From Lachnospiraceae bacterium (GTDB lineage Bacteria > Bacillota > Clostridia > Lachnospirales > Lachnospiraceae): a DNA stretch of 64,000 nucleotides. Shown in pieces: positions 53,804-63,574 of this stretch. Every line of letters begins with the position of its first letter. Positions within the stretch are counted from its first letter, which is position 1. The notes under the pieces are model-generated. The model searched no databases. It was not told where the DNA came from and saw only the letters and a program-made list of their open reading frames with translations. The stretch spans positions 45,848 through 109,847 of the forward strand of contig JAIDHX010000014.1 in the NCBI GenBank assembly GCA_029053015.1, read 5' to 3'. Made by a program: the position numbers and the translations under genes.

Positions 53804-55027
53804 ATGAAAATGGTAGAGGGCGGCGTATGTGCCGCAAAGGGATTTCAGGCTGCCGGCGCGGAAGCCGGTGTCAAATATAAGGACAGGAAGGATATGGCGC
53901 TTGTTTACAGCGAAGTGCCCTGTGTATGTGCAGGCACTTTTACCACCAATGTGGTAAAGGCGGCCCCGGTGCTTTGGGACAGGGAGCTTGTGGAGAACGC
54001 TCCTTTTGTACAGGCAATTGTAGTCAATTCCGGTATTGCCAATGCCTGCACGGGAAAGGAAGGACTTGACTGCTGTAAGGCGGAAGCAAAGGAGGCGGCG
54101 GACAGGCTGCAGATTCCGGAAAACAGTGTATTGCTTGGTTCCACCGGTGTTATCGGTATGCAGATGCCCGTAGACAGGCTGAAAACGGGCATTGCAGAGC
54201 TTGCGGGCAAAAAAGAGCGCTCCGTAAAAGCGGCAGACGACGCGGCAAGGGCGATTATGACGACGGATACCGTGGATAAGCAGATTGCGGTCAGCTTTGA
54301 AGTGGGCGGCAAAACCGTGACCATGGGCGGTATGTGCAAGGGCAGCGGCATGATTCACCCCAATATGTGCACCATGCTTTCCTTTGTGACCTGTGATGCG
54401 GCAATTTCAAAAGAGCTTCTGACAAAGGCGGTAAAAGAAAGTGTGGCCGATACCTTTAATATGATTTCCGTGGACGGAGACACTTCTACCAACGACACCT
54501 TCCTGTTTTTGGCAAACGGTATGGCGGGCAATCCGGAAATCGCGGAGGAAGGCGAGGCATACGAAACCTTTAAGGAGGCTCTGCTCTTTCTCAATACCAC
54601 GCTGGCGAAGAAACTTGTGGGAGACGGCGAAGGCGCGACAGCGCTGGTGGAAGTGCAGGTTGTGGGAGCGGAAAGCAAGGAAGCTGCAAAGCAGCTTGCC
54701 AAATCCGTTATTTGCTCCAGCTTGACGAAAGCGGCAATTTTCGGACATGACGCCAACTGGGGACGTATTCTTTGCGCTCTCGGCTATTCAGGTGCAGCCT
54801 TTGACCCCGAAAAAGTAGAACTGTTTTTCCAGAGCAAATCAGGACGTATCCAAATCTACAAAAATGGCTCTGCTGCGGACTACAGCGAGGAAGAGGCAAC
54901 GAAAATCTTATCCGACGAGGAAGTTACCATTTTGGCGGACATGCACATGGGCGATGCCACGGCAACTGCATGGGGCTGCGATTTAAGCTACGAATATGTC
55001 AAAATCAACGCGGACTATCGCTCGTAG
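53804..55027 (+). CDS. argJ: Bifunctional ornithine acetyltransferase / N-acetylglutamate synthase
   Basis: GFQAAG..AG.K, KGSGMIHPNMCTMLSF (autoprocessing T) and the C-terminal YVKINADYRS are canonical. Confidence 0.95.
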   Translation: MKMVEGGVCAAKGFQAAGAEAGVKYKDRKDMALVYSEVPCVCAGTFTTNVVKAAPVLWDRELVENAPFVQAIVVNSGIANACTGKEGLDCCKAEAKEAADRLQIPENSVLLGSTGVIGMQMPVDRLKTGIAELAGKKERSVKAADDAARAIMTTDTVDKQIAVSFEVGGKTVTMGGMCKGSGMIHPNMCTMLSFVTCDAAISKELLTKAVKESVADTFNMISVDGDTSTNDTFLFLANGMAGNPEIAEEGEAYETFKEALLFLNTTLAKKLVGDGEGATALVEVQVVGAESKEAAKQLAKSVICSSLTKAAIFGHDANWGRILCALGYSGAAFDPEKVELFFQSKSGRIQIYKNGSAADYSEEEATKILSDEEVTILADMHMGDATATAWGCDLSYEYVKINADYRS

Positions 55028-55113
55028 AATGGAGAATCATGTCGAATCAATACAAATGCATTGCAACGGCAATGCATTTGTGCTATATTGGTTTCCGTAG
55101 GAGGTGTATATTT

Positions 55114-55407
55114 ATGGCAAGTACAATTCAAATAAGAGTGGATGATGAATTAAAAATGAAATCTGATAACCTGTTTAGAGATTTGGGAACTGATACAACA
55201 ACAGCAATCAGAATTTTTTTAACACAGGCGATAGCTGCGAATGGATTTCCATTTGAAATAAAAAGAGCACAGGCGAATCCGTACGAGGCAATGCGGGAAG
55301 AGGAAATATTAAACAAACTGGAAAAATCTCGCGAGCATGCAAAGCAGGGGAAATATAGGGATGCCGGGGACGTTATTTCTGATATGAGGGGGAAGTATGG
55401 ATTATAA
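55114..55407 (+). CDS. relB: RelB/DinJ family type II antitoxin
   Basis: MASTIQIRVDDELKMKSDNLFRDLGTDTTTAIRIFLTQAI. RBS TAGGAGGTG. Confidence 0.85.
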   Translation: MASTIQIRVDDELKMKSDNLFRDLGTDTTTAIRIFLTQAIAANGFPFEIKRAQANPYEAMREEEILNKLEKSREHAKQGKYRDAGDVISDMRGKYGL

Positions 55408-55711
55408 GATAGTTCTCACTTCAGATGCAGAAGAGGATTTGGACAGATTTATCAAATATCTGCTTTTGGAGAAGAAAAGTGAACAGGCTGCCAGAAATGT
55501 ATTGGATGACTTTGAGGCTGCAAAAGAGAGCTTATCTCATGCTGCAGGAAGTTTAAAAATTTGTGATAATCCGAAATTGAGAGCATTGGGCTATAGAAGA
55601 ATTAACTTTCTGTCTCATAGATATTTTATGCTGTATCGAATTGTAGATAATATTGTCTTCATTGATAATATATTTCATGAATTACAGGATTATGAAAGCA
55701 GGATGTATTAG
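55397..55711 (+). CDS. relE: RelE/ParE family type II toxin
   Basis: 104 aa. It overlaps the antitoxin gene by 11 nt. It has DLDRFIKYL... and a C-terminal FHELQDY. Confidence 0.75.
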   Translation: MDYKIVLTSDAEEDLDRFIKYLLLEKKSEQAARNVLDDFEAAKESLSHAAGSLKICDNPKLRALGYRRINFLSHRYFMLYRIVDNIVFIDNIFHELQDYESRMY

Positions 55712-55752
55712 TGCAGACTAATTCAATAAATTGGATTTGATGGGGATATATT

Positions 55753-56295
55753 ATGGCAAAAAATGATAATGCACATTCTATTCGCTTGGTTGATAGTTTA
55801 AATAGAAATGCGGGACATGATACCGCGAAAGAATTTGAGGAAAAGTATCCATTGTCCCAAAGTGCAAATATTGAAAAGAAATATGAATGGGCAAAGGATA
55901 CATGCGGTTATCTTGAAGATCATTTTGATGCTGACACCATTATCAGAGTTAGAAAAGATTGTAGATGTAATGATGGAAAATCAATTGCCAACAAGCTTCT
56001 GAAATATTTGAATAAGGCGGATAGCATAGAAGAATTTGTAAACACATTTAACCAGAACGAAACATTTGCTTTTATGGAATATATGTCTGATAACAGAATA
56101 TTATTTTGCTACCCTGAATGTTATTGTGCTTGTGTAAAAAGAGTTCCAAGGGAGTTATCAAAAACGTGGTGTTATTGCACTTTAGGCAATGCAGAAGGCA
56201 TTTTTAGCAAAGTGTTCAGGAAAGACGTAAAGGTCACATTGCATGAAAGCATAAAAACCGGTGCAGATAAGTGTGTGATTGAAGTAGAATGGTAG
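55753..56295 (+). CDS. Cys-rich hypothetical protein (DUF6144-like)
   Basis: 180 aa with CRCNDG, CYPECYCACV and WCYCTLG cysteine clusters. Confidence 0.55.
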   Translation: MAKNDNAHSIRLVDSLNRNAGHDTAKEFEEKYPLSQSANIEKKYEWAKDTCGYLEDHFDADTIIRVRKDCRCNDGKSIANKLLKYLNKADSIEEFVNTFNQNETFAFMEYMSDNRILFCYPECYCACVKRVPRELSKTWCYCTLGNAEGIFSKVFRKDVKVTLHESIKTGADKCVIEVEW

Positions 56296-56365
56296 TTTAA
56301 CGGAACAAAAAATGCCATTTTGTAGTGCGCCGGCTTGTTAAAGTTCAAAGGAGAACAATTGATTG

Positions 56366-57049
56366 ATGGAAAAGGAAAGGATTCCGGATTGGGAAGACAG
56401 CACGGATGAGTACTTTATGATAGACTCCTGCCGGATTCCAAGAAAGGGACTGGATACCGTATATCTGGCATATAAACTCCGAGGAGGAGGTCCTTATGCC
56501 ATTGCAGCGCATATGCATTACTATGAACTGGAGTTTTGTTATGAGGATGGCACCCATTTTTCAGTGGGGCTGTTGCGTTCGGAAGAGAAGGATTTTGAGC
56601 AGTTGATTCGTAGATATGACGATAGCGTCAAAATCTATAGACACCGGAAAATGAAAGAAAATGCCCCATTGCTCTGTCCTTTTAAAAAGCTTAGGGCGGA
56701 GGTACCTTTTGTGAGAAAAGAAACCATGGAGGAATTGACCACATTGTGCAGCGGCAATCCTTTTTGGAGACTGGACGCAAAAAGCAGGAACAAGTATAAT
56801 GGCAATAAGGAAGTGGAATTGACTTTGTGCGGTACTGCACTGACATGGCTGCTTTGGCTGGCGTGGCTTTGTTTGTCAGTTTATTTCTTTTTCTTTGTCC
56901 TTATCCATTTGAAAACAGCCGAACTGCTTATTCCATTAGGATGCGGATTATGCTATTATCTGTTTTTTATCAGAAGCGCCCGGAGGATAACAGAAAAAGC
57001 GAAAGCTATTTTCTACCAGGCCATTTTTAGCGGAAAAATAGAATCATGA
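56366..57049 (+). CDS. Hypothetical protein with C-terminal transmembrane segments
   Basis: ORF with two C-terminal hydrophobic helices. No family recognised. Confidence 0.45.
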   Translation: MEKERIPDWEDSTDEYFMIDSCRIPRKGLDTVYLAYKLRGGGPYAIAAHMHYYELEFCYEDGTHFSVGLLRSEEKDFEQLIRRYDDSVKIYRHRKMKENAPLLCPFKKLRAEVPFVRKETMEELTTLCSGNPFWRLDAKSRNKYNGNKEVELTLCGTALTWLLWLAWLCLSVYFFFFVLIHLKTAELLIPLGCGLCYYLFFIRSARRITEKAKAIFYQAIFSGKIES

Positions 57050-57609
57050 GGGAAGATATTTTAGATTGTTTACAAAAAGAAGTACATCGTAGATGCCAAA
57101 AAGAAACGAACAAATTTGGAATGGGCTGCTACTATCACATTGCTGCAGTAGTGAAAAATGCAGGAATCCTCTCGGAAAAATATGGAGCGGACAGGGAAAT
57201 TGTTATGATTGCTGCCTGGCTGCATGATATTGCTTCCGTTACGGATTATGATTTATATGAGCAGCATCATATACATGGGGCAGAGATGGCATATGGTATT
57301 TTAAAAGAATACAATTATGACAATAAGAAAATTGCGCTGGTACAGGAATGTATAAAAAACCACAGAGGGAGTATAAATCTGGAAAAGAATAGCATTGAAG
57401 AATTGTGTGTGGCAGATGCGGATGCAATTTCTCATTTTGATAGTGTGCCCAGCTTATTGTATTTGGCGTATGTTACAAAGGGAATGGATATCGAGGAGGG
57501 GAAGGAATTTGTGAAAGCCAAATTGATAAGAAGTTTCAAAAAACTATCGGCAGACAGCAAAAAATATTATCAAAGCAAATTTGAAAAAGTGATGGAGGTT
57601 TTGAATTAA
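57046..57609 (+). CDS. HD domain phosphohydrolase
   Basis: HxxxV...LHDIAS...H is the HD motif. It overlaps the upstream stop by 4 nt. Confidence 0.8.
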   Translation: MREDILDCLQKEVHRRCQKETNKFGMGCYYHIAAVVKNAGILSEKYGADREIVMIAAWLHDIASVTDYDLYEQHHIHGAEMAYGILKEYNYDNKKIALVQECIKNHRGSINLEKNSIEELCVADADAISHFDSVPSLLYLAYVTKGMDIEEGKEFVKAKLIRSFKKLSADSKKYYQSKFEKVMEVLN

Positions 57610-57651
57610 TTTCTCTGAAAGAGAGATTCGGTTTTGCGGAGGAGAAACGAG

Positions 57652-58287
57652 ATGAAATATTGGGATACTGTCTGGCACAAAGAGGATATTGAGAATTATA
57701 AACATTATATAAAGGGATATGAAAATGTAAAAAATATAATGGTTCGTGAGTTTCAAAAGTATAACTGTCATGTTGTATGTGATGCGGCTTGTGGTTTTGG
57801 AGCGAACAGCTTAATTTTACAGTCTAATGGATTTGATGTCTGGGGATTTGATATTTCTGAAAGCGCAGTGTGGATTACAAAAGAATTATTGACTCCTTAT
57901 GGAATTCGAAAGGAGCAGTTTAAAACAGCGTCCATATTAAACACGGAATATCCTGATAATTTCTTTGATGCAGTTGCTGTAAGAGCCGCACTGGACCATT
58001 TGTGTGTGAATGAGTTTAACAGGGCGCTGGACGAATTAAAAAGAATAACGAAAGAAAATGGGTTATTGTATGCTTCTTTTGATTCACTTGAACCCGATGA
58101 CACAGAACTTGAACATAGTGTTTTGGAAGATGGAAGTTTTTTATATACTGATGAAAGCAGAGATGGATTATTGTTCCACTATTATTCCGATGAAGATATT
58201 CAAAAAGTGTTTCGAGGTTATGAAATTCTTGGTATGGAAACAGATGGGCGCGGTAATCGGCATTTGGTTGTGAAATCAAATTCGTAA
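57652..58287 (+). CDS. Class I SAM-dependent methyltransferase
   Basis: Motif [24 protein letters not shown] before the ATG at 57652. Confidence 0.8.
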   Translation: MKYWDTVWHKEDIENYKHYIKGYENVKNIMVREFQKYNCHVVCDAACGFGANSLILQSNGFDVWGFDISESAVWITKELLTPYGIRKEQFKTASILNTEYPDNFFDAVAVRAALDHLCVNEFNRALDELKRITKENGLLYASFDSLEPDDTELEHSVLEDGSFLYTDESRDGLLFHYYSDEDIQKVFRGYEILGMETDGRGNRHLVVKSNS

Positions 58288-58319
58288 ATAAAGAAAAGCA
58301 TTACAAGGAGGAAATCAAA

Positions 58320-59219
58320 ATGCAGGATAAAAACATGGACACCGTATTGCAGAAGGCAGAGGTTCTCATTGAGGCGCTGCCCTACATACAGCGATTCAAC
58401 AGGAAAATTATTGTGGTAAAGTACGGCGGAAGCGCCATGAGCAACGAAGACTTAAAAAGGAACGTCATAAAGGACGTGACCCTCTTAAAGCTGGTAGGCT
58501 TCAAGCCAATCATCGTGCACGGCGGCGGCAAGGACATCAGCCGCTGGGTTGGCAAGGTGGGCAAAGAGGCGCAGTTTGTAAACGGACTGCGTGTGACCGA
58601 TGAGGAAACCATGGAAATTGCGGAGATGGTGCTTGGCAGAGTCAACAAGCATCTGGTGTCCATGGTGCAGGAGCTGGGCGTAAAGGCAGTCGGCATCAGC
58701 GGCAAGGACGGCGGGCTTTTGCAGGTGGAAAAGAAATATGCGGACGGGCAGGACATTGGCTATGTGGGTGAAGTGAAAAAAGTGGAGCCGAAGGTGCTCT
58801 ATGATCTTCTGGAAAAAGATTTCCTTCCCATTGTGGCGCCCATCGGACTGGACGAAAATTTCCAGACCTACAACATTAACGCGGACGACGCGGCCTGTGC
58901 CATAGCCAAGGCGGTGGGGGCGGAAAAACTGGCGTTCTTAACGGACATTGAAGGGCTGTACAAGGATATCAACGACAAGTCCAGCTTTATATCGAGACTG
59001 ACGGCGACGCAGGCGGACGAGCTGATAGCGGGCGGCTTTATCGGCGGCGGCATGCTGCCCAAGCTGGGCAACTGTACCTCGGCAATCAAGAACGGGGTCA
59101 ATCGGGTGCATATACTGGACGGCAGAATCCCGCACTGCCTGCTGCTTGAAATTTTCACAAACAAAGGTATCGGCACTGCCATTATTGCAGACGAGGACAG
59201 CCACATGCTGATGGATTGA
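58320..59219 (+). CDS. argB: Acetylglutamate kinase
   Basis: [15 protein letters not shown] and NINADDAA motifs. RBS AGGAGG. Confidence 0.95.
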   Translation: MQDKNMDTVLQKAEVLIEALPYIQRFNRKIIVVKYGGSAMSNEDLKRNVIKDVTLLKLVGFKPIIVHGGGKDISRWVGKVGKEAQFVNGLRVTDEETMEIAEMVLGRVNKHLVSMVQELGVKAVGISGKDGGLLQVEKKYADGQDIGYVGEVKKVEPKVLYDLLEKDFLPIVAPIGLDENFQTYNINADDAACAIAKAVGAEKLAFLTDIEGLYKDINDKSSFISRLTATQADELIAGGFIGGGMLPKLGNCTSAIKNGVNRVHILDGRIPHCLLLEIFTNKGIGTAIIADEDSHMLMD

Positions 59220-59446
59220 GAGGCAATTGCGGAACGCGGTGATTATGCCGTTGTCATTGTGTATCTTGTACATTCCAACGCAGACGCGCTTTCGCTTCGA
59301 GCCAGCCGTAGCGGTACGTAAGCTGCCAAAATACGGCGCAAGTCATGCGGGCATGACTTTGGTGCCGACGGCTGGTAAGGGTCTGCTTATGGAATATACA
59401 AGATACACAATTCGGATTTGGCAAAAAGGAGTTTTGCAATTACCTG
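59217..59446 (+). repeat. Long-hairpin repeat family, copy 5 (argB-argD intergenic)
   Basis: TGAGAGGCAATTGCGG...GGAGTTTTGCAATTACCTG. The outer stem is ATTGTGTATCTTGTA / TACAAGATACACAAT. The core stem is changed to CCAGCC...GGCTGG. It is flanked by TGATGGAT at 59209-59216 and 59447-59454. Confidence 0.9.
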
Positions 59447-59476
59447 TGATGGATAAAGTTAGAAAGGGAATAAATT

Positions 59477-60673
59477 ATGATGAAGGAATATATTGAGGAA
59501 GCGGAAAAAGCGCTGCTCCACACCTACAACCGTTATCAGATTGTGCTGGATAAGGGCGAGGGCGTTTATCTTTATGATATAGAAGGAAAAAAATATCTTG
59601 ATTTTGTGGCAGGTATTGCCGTATTTGCGCTGGGGTATCATAATCAGGCGTACAATGATGCCTTAAAAGCGCAGATTGATAAGCTGATTCACACTTCTAA
59701 CTACTTTTATAATGTGCCTGCTGTGGAAGCCGCAAAGCGGTTAAAAGCGGTATCGGGCATGGACAGGGTGTTTTTTACCAACTCCGGAGCGGAGGCGGTG
59801 GAGGGCGCAATCAAAGCAGCAAGAAAATATGCGTGGCTGAAGGACGGCTCCACCGACCATGAAATCATAGCGATGGAACATTCTTTCCACGGCAGAACCA
59901 TGGGTGCGCTTTCCGTGACCGGCAATCCCCATTACAGGGAGGCGTTCGAGCCCGGCATCGGCAATATCCGTTTTGCACAGCTCAATCAGATAGAGAGCGT
60001 CAGGGAATGTGTCAATGAGAAAACCTGCGCCATCATACTGGAAACTGTGCAGGGAGAGGGCGGTATCTACCCGGCGGAGGAGTCTTTCTTAAAAGAGCTG
60101 CGCGCTCTCTGTGATGAAAAAGATATTCTGTTGATTTTAGACGAGATTCAGTGCGGTATGGGACGCACCGGTTATATGTTTGCATGGCAGAAATACGGTG
60201 TAAAGCCCGATATTATGACAACGGCGAAGGCGTTAGGCTGCGGCGTGCCGGTGGGAGCGTTTCTGATGACGGAGAAAGTTGGCGCGGCATCCCTTGCGGC
60301 GGGCGACCACGGCACCACTTACGGAGGTAACCCGCTTGTCTGCGCGGCGGTCAACAAAGTGCTTGATTTATTTGAGGAGAATCATATAATAGAAAATGTG
60401 GGCAGTGTGGCGCCCTATCTGGAAGAGCGCCTGGATGTCCTTTGTGAAAAATATGACTTTGTAGAGACGAGAAGAGGCGCGGGACTTTTGCAGGGGCTTG
60501 TATTTTCAAGACCTGTCTCGCCGATTATCAAAAGGGCAATGGATAAGGGGCTGATTCTGATTAATGCGGGAACGAATATTATCCGTTTTGTGCCGCCCCT
60601 TATTATCACCAAAGAAAATGTGGACGAGATGATAGAGATTCTCGATAAATGTCTTTCGGAGGAGCCTGATTAA
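59477..60673 (+). CDS. argD: Acetylornithine aminotransferase
   Basis: Class III aminotransferase motifs (FTNSGAEAVEGAIK, LDEIQCGMGRTG, TTAKALG). Confidence 0.95.
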   Translation: MMKEYIEEAEKALLHTYNRYQIVLDKGEGVYLYDIEGKKYLDFVAGIAVFALGYHNQAYNDALKAQIDKLIHTSNYFYNVPAVEAAKRLKAVSGMDRVFFTNSGAEAVEGAIKAARKYAWLKDGSTDHEIIAMEHSFHGRTMGALSVTGNPHYREAFEPGIGNIRFAQLNQIESVRECVNEKTCAIILETVQGEGGIYPAEESFLKELRALCDEKDILLILDEIQCGMGRTGYMFAWQKYGVKPDIMTTAKALGCGVPVGAFLMTEKVGAASLAAGDHGTTYGGNPLVCAAVNKVLDLFEENHIIENVGSVAPYLEERLDVLCEKYDFVETRRGAGLLQGLVFSRPVSPIIKRAMDKGLILINAGTNIIRFVPPLIITKENVDEMIEILDKCLSEEPD

Positions 60674-60684
60674 GGAGAATTTGC

Positions 60685-62109
60685 ATGAGTATCAAGAAAA
60701 GATTGCCGGCTGTGCTGGCGGTTTTATGTATGCTTGCCGGTGTGTTTTATGTGGGAAGAAGCGGCATGGCGATAGAAGCGGAAGAGGATTTATCATCGAT
60801 TTTTAATCAGAAGGAGACGATTTATTTCTGGTACTCCGATGAAAGCCTGACGGATTTTATCAACAGCGCGGCGGTTTCTTTTGGCGAGAGCCGGGATGTG
60901 CGCGTGATTCCCGTTTTGACTTCTGACAGTGAATATCTGGAAGCCATCAATGAGGCATCTCTTCACGGAGAACATATTCCGGATGCGTATATTATAAGCA
61001 ATGATTCGCTGGAAAAGGCTTATCTGGCGGGGCTTGCCTCCAAGATACCGGGTGATGACAAGCTGTGCACGACGGAGCATTTTCCCCAGACAGCGCTTTC
61101 AGCGGTAACTTATAAGGATAAGCTGGTTGCCTATCCCTTTTATTATCAGACCAGTGCATTTTTGTACAACAAAACCTATTTGGAGGCGTGGACGGCGGAG
61201 CAGCTTGCGGCGCAGGCCGAAGGCAATGGAGAGGAAGACGAGGCTGTGCCTGAGGATATTCCCGATGCAGACGATGGAAGCGAATCCGATGAGGAAGGGG
61301 AGTATATTGATGAAACTCCTCTGGAGGTTACGCCTGAGCAGATAGCGGCGGGAATCCCTGCCAATATGGACGAGGTGCTTGCTTTTGCGGACAATTACGA
61401 TGCGCCCGAAAATGTGGAAGCCGTTCTGAAATGGGCTGTTTCCGATATTTTTTACAATTATTATTTTGTGGGCAGTTATATGATAGTCGGCGGCGAAAGC
61501 GGGGACGACGACAATAATATCAATATTTACAATGAAGAGACAAAAAAATGCCTGGAGGTGTACCAGAACCTGAACCAGTTCTTCTACATTGAGTCCGACA
61601 CGGTGACGCCGGAGTCGGTAATTCAGGATTTTCTGGAGGGCAAGATAGTTTTTACCGTGGCGACTACGGATGTGCTGAAAAAACTCGAGGAGGCACAGGC
61701 GGACGGCACCTTCCCTTATGAATATGGTATCTGTATGATTCCCCAGCCCAGCGCGGAGCTTAAGGGGCGTTCCCTGTCCGTGACAAGCTGTGTGGCGGTA
61801 AACGGCTACTCGGAGCATAAAGATTTGGCAAATGCTTTTGCGGCGTATCTGACGGGAAGCTGTTACGAAACTCTTTATGAGAGAACGGGAAAGACCTCGG
61901 CAAACCTTGCTGCCAATCAGGATAATGAGAATCTGATGGCTTTTATGGACGAATATAAAAATTCCAGCTCGCTTCCCAAGATGATGGAGACGAGTAATTT
62001 CTGGATTCAGCTTGAGATACTTTTCTCCCGCGTGTGGGAGGGCGGTGATATTGACAGCCTGCTGTTAGAACTGTCAAACCAGATTATGTCACAGATACAT
62101 GTGGAATAA
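60685..62109 (+). CDS. Membrane-anchored extracellular solute-binding-like protein
   Basis: An N-terminal signal/anchor, then a MalE-like periplasmic-binding-fold pattern interrupted by an acidic insert. Assignment is tentative. Confidence 0.55.
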   Translation: MSIKKRLPAVLAVLCMLAGVFYVGRSGMAIEAEEDLSSIFNQKETIYFWYSDESLTDFINSAAVSFGESRDVRVIPVLTSDSEYLEAINEASLHGEHIPDAYIISNDSLEKAYLAGLASKIPGDDKLCTTEHFPQTALSAVTYKDKLVAYPFYYQTSAFLYNKTYLEAWTAEQLAAQAEGNGEEDEAVPEDIPDADDGSESDEEGEYIDETPLEVTPEQIAAGIPANMDEVLAFADNYDAPENVEAVLKWAVSDIFYNYYFVGSYMIVGGESGDDDNNINIYNEETKKCLEVYQNLNQFFYIESDTVTPESVIQDFLEGKIVFTVATTDVLKKLEEAQADGTFPYEYGICMIPQPSAELKGRSLSVTSCVAVNGYSEHKDLANAFAAYLTGSCYETLYERTGKTSANLAANQDNENLMAFMDEYKNSSSLPKMMETSNFWIQLEILFSRVWEGGDIDSLLLELSNQIMSQIHVE

Positions 62110-62129
62110 ATTTGATAAGGAGAGTGTAT

Positions 62130-63542
62130 ATGAAAAAGCTGTTGGACATTGTGGTGACACTGTGCACGCTGGCTGCCGGTATCGGTCTTTTGGTGTTATG
62201 CGGGGGCCCGTTTCTGAAGCTTCAGACGGGGGCGCAGGCGCTTGGGAAAGAGACGCCGCTGGCTGAGGCAGAAGGCGAATATGTTACATATGAGGCTGCT
62301 TATCCGGTTGCTTCCTTTGGGGCGGAGTACTATTCCGGAGACCCTGACAGGGTGAAAAAGATGGGATATGTGGTATATGACGAAGCAAGACAGGCTTTTG
62401 TCTACATTATCATTGACGAACAAGATGATGCGAGGCTCAGTAACCTGCTGAATTATCTGGGGATGAATGTGGAGTTGCGGGAAGGCAGGGATATGACGCC
62501 GTTTGTGGCGGACGGTTCCCTGAAACTTATGGACAGTGATTCCGCAAGAAAGGTGCAGAAGGAGCTTGACAACGGTAAAGTAGCAAAGCTTTATCTCACC
62601 TACTACAATGACGGGGACTTTACCTCCTATTATTTCAGCGATCAGTATGGCGAGGTCATGAAGGGTATGTGTGCGCTTCTAAACGAAGGGCAGCAGAGCG
62701 AATGGTATTATATCGAGGAAGGCAGCATTGACGGCATGACCAAAGGACAGATATGGCTTTGCTTGCTGACGGCGCTGTTTAGTCTGCTTATTTTTGTGTG
62801 CAGTCTGATTTCTCTTTTGAAAGGAAAAAAGGAAGACAGTGTTGTGTCCGGCAAAACGGGTTCTATGGGCAGGCTTTTGGATGCGATTGGAAAGCGGATG
62901 GCAGAGCAGTGCGAGGAGAGGCTGAACCGGACAAGGCTGATGGCATTTCTGACGGCGGTTGGCACCACTTGTGTTTTGTCTGTGATCGGTTTTGCCGTAG
63001 GGCTGACTCTTCCGAAAGTTCTGGTGTTCCATTTTCCTTTAGGACTGCTTTTGGGTGAAATTTTCGCAGTTGTGCTGTGGAAAGCACAGAGTGGACAGTC
63101 GAAGCCGAAGAAGATTGTAAAGAAAGTAGAAAAGGAAATAAAGCGGCAGCTGCCGCAGCCCGCAGAGCAGGAGGCTTTTGCTGAGGATATCGTAACTGCA
63201 GACAATGAGTGGGATTTTACGGAGGAAGTAGGCTCCGAGCCCATGATTTATGGTACTGTAGGCAGCCGCTACTGGGCTAAATTTACTGAGTTTGGCTTAG
63301 TGACGATTGTGGATTCTGCACGCCTTGCTAAAATTGAGACGGAAAAGACGTCCGGCTCAGTCAGGGTCAATAGAGTGCGGACTTACTATCACTCCTATGA
63401 CATCAGATTTTTCTATCAAAGTGCCGAGGTGAAAACGCGCTTTGACGTGGCAATTTCCTTTAATCTGGAACAGACAGCAGGGCTCTTTATGACGCTTGTG
63501 AGAAGGCGTGTCGGAGAAAAGATAGAAATCGTAGCCAAATAA
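62130..63542 (+). CDS. Hypothetical membrane protein
   Basis: ORF with RBS AAGGAGA before the ATG at 62130. It has an N-terminal transmembrane segment and three central ones. Confidence 0.55.
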   Translation: MKKLLDIVVTLCTLAAGIGLLVLCGGPFLKLQTGAQALGKETPLAEAEGEYVTYEAAYPVASFGAEYYSGDPDRVKKMGYVVYDEARQAFVYIIIDEQDDARLSNLLNYLGMNVELREGRDMTPFVADGSLKLMDSDSARKVQKELDNGKVAKLYLTYYNDGDFTSYYFSDQYGEVMKGMCALLNEGQQSEWYYIEEGSIDGMTKGQIWLCLLTALFSLLIFVCSLISLLKGKKEDSVVSGKTGSMGRLLDAIGKRMAEQCEERLNRTRLMAFLTAVGTTCVLSVIGFAVGLTLPKVLVFHFPLGLLLGEIFAVVLWKAQSGQSKPKKIVKKVEKEIKRQLPQPAEQEAFAEDIVTADNEWDFTEEVGSEPMIYGTVGSRYWAKFTEFGLVTIVDSARLAKIETEKTSGSVRVNRVRTYYHSYDIRFFYQSAEVKTRFDVAISFNLEQTAGLFMTLVRRRVGEKIEIVAK

Positions 63543-63574
63543 CAGGTTCGGTTTATGAGAAAGGGAGATGCAAA

